This document shows, piece by piece, positions 1-10,789 of a DNA stretch of 64,000 nucleotides. This DNA is from Octopus sinensis (Eukaryota), in assembly GCF_006345805.1 (NCBI RefSeq), contig NC_043007.1, positions 44,888,001 through 44,952,000 on the forward strand, written 5' to 3'. The notes beneath the pieces are model-generated. The model was given only the letters and a program-made list of their open reading frames with translations, had not been told where the DNA came from and made no database searches. Each line of letters opens with the position of its first letter. The stretch's first letter is position 1. Made by a program: the position numbers and the translations under genes.

Positions 1-1374
1 CAGCAATTCTGCCCCACACCCACCAAGAAGTCTTACTATATGTAGTGAAATACACCCAACTCTACAAACTAGTTGGCTCTTACCTTACACTGCAACTTTT
101 GCAGGACCATCACCTTGACTATGAAGACTTTTTTCATGAATCACACTGCCCTCAATTTCTCCCCGCTCCCAAACTGTAGCTCCACTGACATAGTGGAATC
201 TGCTTTTCCTTCATTTCTCAGATTTGCCTGATCTATGACTAGTAATCCTACAATGCAAGCTCATTTCACTGCTTTGCAGCCAGTTCCAAACTGCATTCTG
301 TTGATAAATCTTCTTCCACTCTCTATTGAGATATATCCCTCCTTTTTTGGAAATCTGTTTCAGTTTGTGCTCTTCCTAAAAGGTATGTCCTTCTGACCTG
401 AACAATTAATGCCCTACTGCAATCAGTTTCAATATCCCAAAAGTAATGGAGATAATCATTTTGAACCTTTCTCTTTCCTTAATGACCACCAGTACTGATT
501 TTGTAAAACTAGCTCTTCTAGAAACCTGCTGTCCTCTATGAATCACCAATGGGTCCTCACTCTAGTGAAATTTGGTGAGAGTTGTTACCCTTCGCACGAG
601 AAAGTATTTCACTCTTTGGCATGCAAATCTTTCAAACCTGCCCCACTATGTGTTCCAGCCGTCTCACATCTCTTAGATCAATAGTTTCCTGTTAAATCAT
701 ACTATTGTCGCTTGTGCTGTATCAGCTATGGCATACAAGGTTTAGTTCTGTCTCCAGTTCTCTCCTTCTTCAAACAAACCAGTGAAAGAAATCTACTTGC
801 CATCACTTTTATCAATACTCACCTCTATATACATGATACCATCCTTCATTTCTTTCTATCCTTTCACACCCAGCAGTCATCTTTATGCAACTTTGACATT
901 TCATGCCAAATCTGTACTAGCTCCATGAACAGAGACCTTAGAAACAGCCTCCTGTTGGATCATGTCAATCTTGTCAACATCAACATTAAAGAACCTCTCA
1001 AGCACTGCATACATCATGAAAGCATCCTCACAACTCACTCATACAACCCCTAGTTCTGATATCCCTTTGGATCAACTCTTGGTGAACGCACCTCCTTTAC
1101 ACATTGCCTGTCTTTTGTATCACATGTGATACACAAGATATATTTCTATAGCACCCATTGCCATTCCCAATTTTTTTTTCAGTGCAGGATTATGGAAAGA
1201 AAGCTTTATATTACTCAGAGAGATTAAGACTAAGGTTAACTAAAACTTTGAAAACAAGCATGGTCATTTAGGACTGACTAATGAAAATGCTTGGGACAGG
1301 CAAAAGTGCATCTCAAAGACTGGCCTTTCTCTTCAAGGCTAGAAAATACATTGGCCCTTGTTAACTAGTAACCC

Positions 1375-1790
1375 TCTCTAAAGCTCATTGTGTAACCCAT
1401 AATGGATTACTGCTATCATATCTAGGCTGGTGCTGCTACTACACATAGAGAAATCCCAAACTACATCTTGAAAAAAGGCACTTGACGGATTGATGTGAAG
1501 TCAGTTACAGACATATTTCACCCTTTGGTTCAGAGATGTGCTCTGTCCTCTTTTTGCTTCTTCTAGTGACACTACAACAGTCTCTGCTTCTTGGAACTTG
1601 TTGCTTCCATACCACTTCCACTCTTACATTCCTCTTCTTCTCTTAGATCCAACTTCTTAGGGTCTGCTGTAAACTACTATGCTCAGTCTTTCCTTCTCAG
1701 AATATCAGCCCTCAAGAATTGCTTCATGTCTTTACTGCTGATATTAATTTGCAACATTTTAATTGGAATGTTAATGATGGCATCAGCTTC
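1375..1790 (+). mobile_element. Decayed CR1-group LINE, RT C-terminal remnant
   Basis: Translation near 1399 gives IMDYCYHI*AGAA, resembling the (M/L)EYCSHIWAGA motif of CR1-group LINEs. Downstream SSFCFF..HYNSLC..ELVASIP resembles the following LSLFYRYY..C..EL block. Boundaries approximate. Confidence 0.5.
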
Positions 1791-2069
1791 ACTGGTTGTG
1801 GAGGGCTTATGATGACTGTGGACACAACCTTTTCTTCCAGGCCTTCTTAATTAAAATAAAATGAAAGTTTGTGGTTGAGAAAGAAAAGCACTGCTGCACT
1901 CTTGTTACACTGGAAATTCCAAGGAGATAATGTTATAAAAAGGAAGGGATGGATACAGTGTTTTGTATGACATCTGGTGGGGTCATTTATAAAGAGTGGA
2001 GGTTTAAAATCCACTTTCTAGCCTTTGGTGTCATTTAGCAAAGTCTACTCTGTTGCAAGTATTAGATCC

Positions 2070-2114
<45 letters not shown>

Positions 2115-2169
2115 ATATATATACACATTTGATGATGATAGTCTAGAAGAAGGGGCTGTGCTATTTACA

Positions 2170-2640
2170 GGCCTTCTGAAGCCAGTAAGGTTAACATGAT
2201 TAAAACTGATGAATTGTTTCAGTAAAGTTGATGAGTGCAGGGAAAACGTGGACTAGGAGAAAATTCCAGGGGTAGTGTCTTGGGAAGGAGGAAGGGCTGG
2301 GTTTATTGGATTTTTTTAGTGGTTGGAGTAGGGGTCAATATGAATGATGAGAGGAGAAGATATATATAAGGAGACCTTGAGTGGTGATGGCCTAAGGCTA
2401 GCTAGCACTTAGGAGCAGCTGCCATTATAGTAGTGGCAGAGAAGGAAAAGAGTGGAGACAACATGTCTGGGGGTCAGAAGTATTTGTGAAGTGCCATGAC
2501 ACCCAGTCAGATGATTTTTTGTCTGGTTACAGTCTAGAATAGCTTCCCTATAGGCAGCAGCAGCAACATCTCAGATGTGGGACCAGTATTCTATAGTGGG
2601 CCTTACCCAAGCTTTGTAAAGGGAAGCCCAGGTGTAATTT
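2170..2640 (-). mobile_element. Decayed CR1-group LINE, RT C-terminal remnant (convergent with the 1375-1790 copy)
   Basis: Minus-strand translation LYKAWVRPTIEYWSHI*DVAAAA matches LYKAQ(I/V)RP..EYCSHIW. Boundaries approximate. Confidence 0.55.
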
Positions 2641-2708
2641 GAGGGAGATTTCACTGCTATTACTAGCAGATTCAAAAACCATGTAGAGGATGTTGCAGTA
2701 GTTCTTCT

Positions 2709-2757
2709 AAAAACATTTAGAACACTTCACAAATTTGTGTGCCACCCTTACAAAAGG
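2709..2757 (-). pseudogene. U6 snRNA 3'-end fragment (5'-truncated pseudogene)
   Basis: 2720-2757 (gaacacttcacaaatttgtgtgccacccttacaaaagg) aligns to the reverse complement of the U6 3' end as recalled (GAACGCTTCACGAATTTGCGTGTCATCCTTGCGCAGGG) with 29/38 identities by hand. Four of the mismatches are at CpG. An A-run at 2709-2713 corresponds to the U-tail. Confidence 0.65.
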
Positions 2758-3359
2758 AAAAATATAAAATATAAAATGAGTAAATAAATTAAAAAGGGGC
2801 ATAGGACATAGGAAGTGATGTAGTTCAGGGTACATTATGTCTAAACTAAAAGATGAAACTGTCATGGCTGGAATGTCTTTGGTCAATTGACTACTCAGTC
2901 ACTGCCAACCAAATTTAATTTAATAAGGCATTGATCAACCCAGAGCTGTAATAGAAAATGTTTACCTAAGGAACTTGAAACTGTGTGGTTGCAGATGAAG
3001 TTCTTAAACACATTAACTTAGTGGATAAGCAACTAGATTGCCACATCATGCTCTTTGAGTTGAAATTCCCCACTGGCAAGTTTTGACAACATCTTTGATA
3101 TTCCATGCTCTGCATACCTTGAGTCATTTAGCTAGCAGGATTAGGTACCAGACCTAGAATGAAAGTAATGTGATATCCCAAAATCTAACTAGGTGGACAT
3201 TTCTCTCTTGTATATATACACTAGATTGTGAATGTTGATAGAACACATGAAACAGGAGTCATGTGTCTGTACTATGTAGGGGAATATCTATCTGTTCTCC
3301 TGTCAATTATAGTCCTTCTTGTACCAACAAGAGAATCACTATATAGTTATTTGGTCTGT

Positions 3360-3640
3360 CAAAGAAAATAGCAGCCAAATCCCTTTCAAGCAACATCTCA
3401 GAAAAAGAAGTCAGATCTTCCTTATATCCTACATAATCAGAAATAGTAACCAAATCTTCCCCAAATTTTACTCTATACAATCAGAAATAGTTAAATATGT
3501 GTCAATCTTGACCCTATCCTATTAGAAATAGTCAAATCTCATTCCTTCTCAGCCCTATTAGAAATCACAACCAAATTTCCTTCAGAAAAGATTTATCTGC
3601 TATCAGAAATTGCAGCTAGATCTTCCTCAGCCCTACTCTT
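3360..3640 (+). repeat. Degenerate ~40-nt tandem array built on the AGAAATAGCAGCCAAATCT motif
   Basis: About 7 decayed recurrences of agaaatag/c...caaatct. The same motif is dispersed elsewhere (e.g. 19027-19050 +, 33544-33566 -, 36358-36380 -). Confidence 0.55.
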
Positions 3641-5014
3641 AAACCTCTTCATTTTAAAAATAAGGGCTCATTGGAGGCTGTTGACCTAGATACATAGTAT
3701 CTGGATGATTAACATCGTTGGAATGGTTTTCATCGTGGGTCTGTTGGACCAGGATTGATCTCCTAGGTAAATTTACCTCAAATCATGCTCTATTTAAAAA
3801 AAAAAAATGTAAGCTGTTATGGATAATGTTGTCCTGATATACTATGTTAAAAATAGTGACAGGATGGTCATGATTGGAATGCCTTTGATCTGGGTTGATC
3901 TGGTACTAAACACTAGCAGAAACAATCATTACATTGGTTGTGCTCTGCCATATTCACAAGGTTCTTCTTCAACCAATTCTCCCTATTTCCTCATATTCAC
4001 TCATTATTTGCTGTGCATTTATGCCCATTCTACACTGACCAGTGCCTACCTAGGCTACTCTTCAGCTACTTTTCATATCTGTTGTGGTTTTTGCTCCAGA
4101 CCAGTCCCTGAAGCAGCAGATTTAAGTCCCAAGAAAACCATACTGTATTATCCAATGTCCCCATTTCTTACTCAGTCACTAGCCCTCCTAGAAATAGCCC
4201 AAACTCTCAAATTAAACCTTACTGCCAAAAACAGGAAGGACTCCCTAGATAACATAGTCCTATACATCTCTTAAAAGATGGCCCGGTCACATCTGGAATA
4301 TCTGGTTGTACTATCTGGAGTGTCTGGTTGTACTTATGCCTAATCAGGATTAATAGACTAAACAACAGTGAGATGAGTGACACTGTTGCTTCACAGTTGA
4401 GCAGTTAGTGTTAAGAGGTGCATTTAAGTGTAAAACCTGTTGTACCACCAAGAATTAATTATCCATGGCAGCTTTAATAAGCTTGAGAGAAAAACGAATG
4501 AAAGGATGACTTATAAAAAAAACTAACAAAACAAATAAAACAAAATACATTTCCTAGACGTCACAGTCTATCTACTTCCTTGTTAAAACAAATTTCCCAT
4601 TAACTTGTATGCATTCAATTTTGAACAAGTTTTTACTATTATGTCTCTTTTTCTCACAATACTCTTTCATCTCTTATATTGCCTGAGCAATGCATTTAAT
4701 TCCCACAGCCCTCGTTCAATGCTTTCATTATCAACCTTGTTATGATTTTTATGTATTTTCACTATTTCTCACCATGCTTCTAAATTGCTTTACATTCAGA
4801 ATTGAAATTCATAATTGCTTCTCATAACAATTTCCAACTCTTTTATTACAGTTACAGAACTATGCAAATTTGTTTTCCCACAATCCACTTTTACATACTC
4901 TTTTGTCATAAATATACAAATTGTTTCCCATAATCCTCTTCATTTTATTTTATTGGAGTAGAACAATACAAATGATAATACAGTTCTATATTTAAGAAAC
5001 AAGGAATTATGTAC

Positions 5015-5345
5015 ATTATTTACATTATTTACATTTGACAGACATTTGTCCTCATCTTGTTTATTGTTTACACAACATTTCGGCTGATATACTCTCCAGC
5101 CTTCATCAGGTGTCTAGGGGAAATTTTGAACCTGGGTTCTCATTCCTAAGATATTTTTCAATGTTATTATTATTATTCAGGTCACTGACTGGAATTGAAC
5201 TCAGAGTCTTGGAGTTAATAGCCTGTGCTTTTAACCACTACACCTCCCCAAGATACCTGATGAAGGCTGGAGGGTATATATCAGGTGGAATGTGTTAACA
5301 ACAAACAGGATGTGGACAAATATCTGTCAAATGTAAATAATGTGA
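5015..5345 (-). mobile_element. tRNA-headed SINE-like element with hammerhead-containing tail and an inverted partial tail copy
   Basis: On the minus strand, a tRNA-like head (5245 to 5178; A-box-like gtagtggttaa, B-box-like gagttcaattcc) is followed by (AAT)n and then the hammerhead region. 5015-5122 and 5248-5345 are inverted copies of each other (ends acattatttacatttgac / gtcaaatgtaaataatgt). Confidence 0.7.
5069..5114 (-). ncRNA. Minimal type-I hammerhead ribozyme-like motif
   Basis: Minus strand reads acac-CTGATGA-a-ggctg-gagagtatat-cagcc-GAAA-t-g-T-T-gtgt. It has a 4-bp stem I, a perfect 5-bp stem II and an intact core. Stem III is ACGT mutated to ATGT, consistent with CpG decay. Confidence 0.65.
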
Positions 5346-6512
5346 ATAAATACAAATGATTTCCCACAGTCTGCTTGGTTTTATTGTTCCAAAGCTAGAA
5401 TTATACAAACAGTTCTCACAATTCTTTTAGTATTTGAATATCAAAGTAGAACTGTACAAATATTTCCCAGAATCCTCTTTTTTATTGCACTGATGCAGAA
5501 CTATAAACAAATATTTCCCACAATCCTCTGCTTTGTTGCACTGAAACACAATTGTATAAATGCTTCCAATAATCCTCTGTTTTGTTGAATCCTCTGTTTT
5601 ATGTACTAGGGACGAGAATTTTTATGTTCAGTGTTTTTCTGCTTTTTTTCGTATCTGATTCATGGCTCACCACAATAGTTCTTGTTTAATATCTGTTTGT
5701 CTATGTACATTACTTTGGGTGCAATACTGTGTGATATTAAATTTGACTAAAACTTATCAAAAGACTGAAATAATGCAAAATGAAGGAAATACAAAAGTGA
5801 AAACAAAACAACAGTTAATGTGTTACCTTGTATTTCTTCAATGTTTCATTGAGAGAACCACTACATCAAGACACATTGAAAAATGGGGGATGGCACAAAA
5901 CTGTTATCTTTGCTCAGACATGTGTGAGAGGGTTGTGACAAGTGCAAATTTGTGTTGCTATAGCAACATATCTGTCTTAAGTAATTCATATCTGTTGTTT
6001 AATGAAAGTTTATACTTATTAAGATAGCCTCCTTGATTTGAAGATTGCCAATGTTACATTACTATAACAACACCAGTCTGTTCATGCCACTACCTTCTCC
6101 CACATATCTGAGCAGAAATAACAACTCTATAACATTTCCCATTTTACTACATATCATGATGGAGGTTCTAACACTAAAACTCTTGTTGTTTGGACTTCTG
6201 TATTTCATTCATTTTGCATTGTTTCAGCCTTTTAATGAGTTTTAATCTACTTTAATACTCTATACATATTCGTGTATACATATCTGTGTTTGAACTTGTG
6301 CTGCTTTAACCTTGCTTCAGTACCAGCTTACTGCTCATGAATTTAAACAATGCTTTGTCTTCAATGTACTTTCTTAAGTTTTTATTAAAATGAAACAATT
6401 GCATCATAATAGAGTCCTGATAACCATGTAAAACACACACACAGATACCCAAAGGTGAATGAGAATCTGTCTATAGTCACTTGACTTGGTAAGAAATAAC
6501 AACCAGCTCTCT

Positions 6513-6735
6513 CCTTTCGTTACCAACCTGGCTGAAATCGGCTCTGGCGCTGAGTACAGATGTCTTGTTTTCATAAGTTTTGAATTAAAATCTTCCACCA
6601 AACCTTAGTCACAATTTATGTTCCTAACATTAGCTTAATGATAACTAAGTTATTTTATTAAATCCTTTATTATATTTAAAGTAATTGAAAGAAATACAGA
6701 GCATCTCAAAATAAATACAGTAACGAAAGGGTTAA
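6513..6735. mobile_element. piggyBac-type MITE
   Basis: TIRs cctttcgttac (6513-6523) and gtaacgaaagg(g) (6720-6731). TTAA follows at 6732-6735; the left TTAA is not preserved. Confidence 0.7.
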
Positions 6736-7537
6736 ATCTCACTCTTTCTTCTTATATTAAGAAAGGGCTTTTTGGGTAAATGACATTGTATAGATACTGT
6801 TGGAAAATGAGGTTAAATGGTCATAGAGTGCATTTGATCATGAATTAGTGTTGACCTGAGGCTAAGTGACAATCACATTGTGAATAAGTTAAATACAGAA
6901 AGCCTCTACCTCATTGCTCTACTTGTTAGAAATAACAGCCAAATTTTTCTCAACTTACATCTAACTATCTTCAGATATACTAGATAATGTCAACTGAGAT
7001 AAACGTATGTTAGAAAAGAGAAGATGGTCATGGCTGGAATATCTTTGATAGTATGTTTGCTAAACAATATCAACACACATACATAAACACGCACGTGCGC
7101 ACACACTATCCTTTGTTTTATCTTATGTGTCATTATGTATCTAAGTCTTTCATTATACATTAATGACCTGGTCACTGATATTGACAGTCAGTTGGTGGTC
7201 AGTTCTTATAGATTACAGCAGTAGAGTACATTAATGACCTGGTCACTGATCTTCTATTTGACTGGATCTATTGATGGTTAAATTTTGGTCAGCTCCTATA
7301 ATCTGTGACAATATACCATTCACCTGATTATTAGTACTCTACTCCTTTGTATCTACTAAAAGTCAGTTGTTGCTCTGTTGTTGTTGACCTTAATTTCTTC
7401 TGACATGCTTAATAAGCTTTGCATGTCATTTTGATACATATGGCTCAATGGTTAGTGTGTTGAGCTCAGAGTCATAAGGTAGTGAGCTAAATTCCTGGAC
7501 CAGGCTGTGTGTTGCATTCTTGAGTAAGACACTTTAT

Positions 7538-8141
7538 TGTCATAATGTAGGACATATCAGTGGTGACAAGGAGTCGAACTACACGCAGTGACAGTTAAGA
7601 CTAATACAGAACTGAACACTGTAAAAGTAATATACACTCACTGAAAAATATATAAATTCTACTGAAAGTAATTCTAAAGAAAAAAAATGTCTGATAAGAC
7701 TGGAATTCTAATGCAGAACTGAACTACACACAGTGAAAAATAATATAAATCCATTTGATGGATTCAAGTCAGGTTGCTATGTGTTAGTAGCACTACTGGT
7801 AAACAATGTAGACTGGTACTACCTGCAGCATTCTGAAGAGAAAAATAATTCTGTGTCGAAGGAAAAATAATAATAAGTCCGTGTGAAGGATTTAAGTCAG
7901 GTTGCTATGTGTTAGTAGCACTACTGGTAAACAGAAAGAGAAAAAAGATTCTAAGTGAAAAAAAATGTCATGTAAAAGAAGTAAAAAAAAATCTCAATGG
8001 AGCGGCGGGGGAGGCAGTGTTGTGGCAGACGTCTCCATGAGAGAAGTGGGCTGTTCCACTACTGATAAATAGTGGACAGAGACAGCCAGTAGGGTCAGTC
8101 GGGGAGATATGCTGTATGGGCCAGTCATGCAGACAATGACA
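7538..8141. mobile_element. Candidate solo LTR
   Basis: 604-bp segment with termini TGTCAT...ATGACA interrupting a SINE fragment. It contains an identical 40-bp direct repeat (7766-7805, 7894-7933). No clean 4-6 bp TSD. Confidence 0.35.
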
Positions 8142-8693
8142 TATCATTTATGTAATCTCAAAGTCATTCATTACACATTTAAGGCCTAATCACTGATACT
8201 CTATTCTGTTGTATTTGTCAGAGTATGTCGTTAGTTTATTGGTTAGTTCTTATACATTGTAGTCGTACATCAAAGATCATTGCTAGCATAGAAGAGGGGT
8301 TAATTAAAAAATGATAATGATGAAAATGTTGTGTGTATATGTAATTTATAGATATAATCTCACCTTACTTCAAGCTGTGCGGATAATACTGGACTGACTT
8401 GGTACTTCAACTTAAGTACCTAATTCAACTGAATCTTAATTATTTCTTTATGCACACACATACACACATACTCATGTATGTATGTATGTATGTATCAAAT
8501 GGTGTGTATATTATATATAAATGCATGTGTATAGTTTAAATGAATATTCTGACTCAATTGTTATTATTGTTTCCATTTTAACGTGTCATTTCACTCAGAA
8601 TTGAAGTGACTTTTCCAAAATACTACAATTCTGAAATAGAGAAGTTACAAAAATTATAAGAGAAACACAATTTAGTTTACACAAAGAAATATA

Positions 8694-9256
8694 CAAGATC
8701 TGATCAAGAAGTATCAAAGCTGATGCTATAGAAAGAAAACTATAACAGATATCATTCCAGCAGTATTTAATCTCCTTTGAAGTAGTCCCCTTCTGAAGCT
8801 GCACACTTTACCAAGTATCGTTTCCATTGATGGAAGCATTTCTGGAAATCGTTTTTTGGAGACAGCAGCTGCCTTGTTGCATTCTCTTGGGTTTCTTCAG
8901 TGTCTTAAAATCTTGTTGGGGATCTTCCACTGCAAAGACTGAGCCTTAGTGTTGGAGTCATAACCATAGATCCATGGTTTATCACATGTTATGACCATTT
9001 CAGAAAGTTTTTGTCTTTCTCTACACAATCAAGGAGATCCTGCACAGCTGAAACCCAATCTTCTTTTTAAGCTGACCACACTCTGTACACTTTGTTTTGA
9101 AACACTGCTACAGCAAAGGAAGTAACTGAAAATGTTTTATAGCTTAATGTACTTTCACAACAGAGTTTAAGGTCAGTCTGTACCAAGTGGTTTCTTTCTG
9201 CATTCTTTAACTTTGTTTCCATAGAAGTAATCCCAATACTTTTTGATCAGACCTTG
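8694..9256 (-). mobile_element. Internally deleted mariner element
   Basis: TIRs caagatctgatcaagaagtat / atactttttgatcagaccttg with TA on both sides. The minus strand encodes a mariner C-terminus-like remnant (TRQLLSPKNDFQKCFHQWKR...EGDYF). Confidence 0.85.
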
Positions 9257-9305
9257 TATAAACAATAGCATCTCATCTATTATCTTTTCTTTTATCTCAT
9301 TGCAG

Positions 9306-9366
9306 GGAAATCGGAATATCTTCAAGAATAATTTACAGAACTCAGCAACAGGGTCTTCGATGAAAG
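9306..9366 (+). CDS. Candidate coding exon (GNRNIFKNNLQNSATGSSMK), possibly an upstream exon of the EPS8-like gene
   Basis: Strong polypyrimidine tract plus tgcag acceptor, and AAG|gtgact donor. Only one frame is open. It ends in phase 1 (G), which completes GAA with exon 55929. No recognisable domain. Confidence 0.45.
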
Positions 9367-10104
9367 GTGACTTGCGATATTTCTAAAAAAACAAGCAAAA
9401 AAAAAAAGACCAATTCCCTGCCATAAAAACCTGTTTTAATCTACCATTTCTCAAGGCTTTTGAGCTATCCAGGTTTTTCTTCTTCCCTGCACTTTCCTGT
9501 ATCTTATTTTCCTTGTATTCTATTTCTTGTATTTTATTTTATTTCTCCTAAATCTTATTCTTTTCTTCTTCCAAATTCTTTTCTATCCTTTTTCTTTTTA
9601 CTTTGCTTTTTCCAAATTCTTCTTCCACATTCCCCTTCCTCTTCTTTTCTCCCTTCAGATCATATCAGCTGCAGAAATATTCATTATGGAATTAAAAAAA
9701 AAAAAAAAAAAATCCCAGAAACTTTTGTACATTACAAACGCCAACATCCCTACTCTTGGTCCCTTAATTGACCATAAAACAGAAGACAACAATCATTTTA
9801 GTAAAACCTTCACTATTAAAACAAAGTTACACATTTCTTGTTCTAACAGAGCCCCATCTGTAACTCACCACTAAAAAAAAAAAGGAAAAAAAAAAGGAAA
9901 ATAATCATCCTTAATCACTGACTATGTTGTTTTATAGTGCCTTCTACAATGATATACCTTCTTCTTAGTTTGATGTATATCAGGATTATGGCTCTCTATA
10001 AATACATGCTTATATACATACATGCATACATACATTTACATGCATATACTCACATCTGTATACCCATGTGTATGTGTGTGTAATACATATGTAATGTTTG
10101 TATG

Positions 10105-10157
<53 letters not shown>

Positions 10158-10789
10158 ATATATATATATATATATATAGGTGTGTGTATGTAAATAATTT
10201 AATTAAATTCAAAGTTTTTTTTTCAAAATTGGAAGAAAAGATAAAATAAATGCCAAAATTATGCATATATACAATACAAATATATCATACTAAAAGCTAA
10301 ATTAAAAATTTAATTTCATAATATAATACATAAGATTTATCATAATATGAGGTTATGGTTTATCAGACTTTAAGATATAATATACAATAAAAAACATTAT
10401 GTGACGCACATAATGTATTTGATAATATGTAATTATACTATAAGGAATATCATAATATTGATAAATGAAACTTAAGGCATATCAAACTATAAGATATATC
10501 ATTTTACAACATAAATCATAATACAAGATATATTCTCTTATAAGAAATATGTATTTGCTATTTGTATAATTGTTAGGATTAAATCTGCAAACAAAAATAA
10601 TATAATAAAATTACTAGATATAATAAATATATAAAACAATAAAACACTTGAAATAAATATATTAAAACAATAAAACACTTGAAATAAAGTATTTTATAAA
10701 TAATGACAAACATTTCAATTGATATAATTACTAAATGATAACTAACCACAAGGGTATAACAGTCTGGATGACTATTATATCAACCTGAC

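Larger units (their letters stand above)
4790..5610 (+). repeat. Degenerate ~55-nt satellite-like array interrupted by an insertion at 5015-5345
   Basis: Recurrent agaacta/tac..acaaat..tttccca(c/t)aatcctct units on both sides of the insertion. Confidence 0.5.

Noticed and set aside
712-1053. 113-aa ORF
   Set aside because: No splice or domain support; it looks like decayed LINE sequence that I could not classify.
7740-7935. CRISPR-like repeat-spacer pattern (40-bp repeat twice; also a 24-bp repeat at 7156/7227)
   Set aside because: Only two copies, eukaryotic context and no cas genes; these are simple local duplications.
8364-8429. Minus-strand exon ending at AAG|gtgaga
   Set aside because: Weak acceptor and stops in all three frames.
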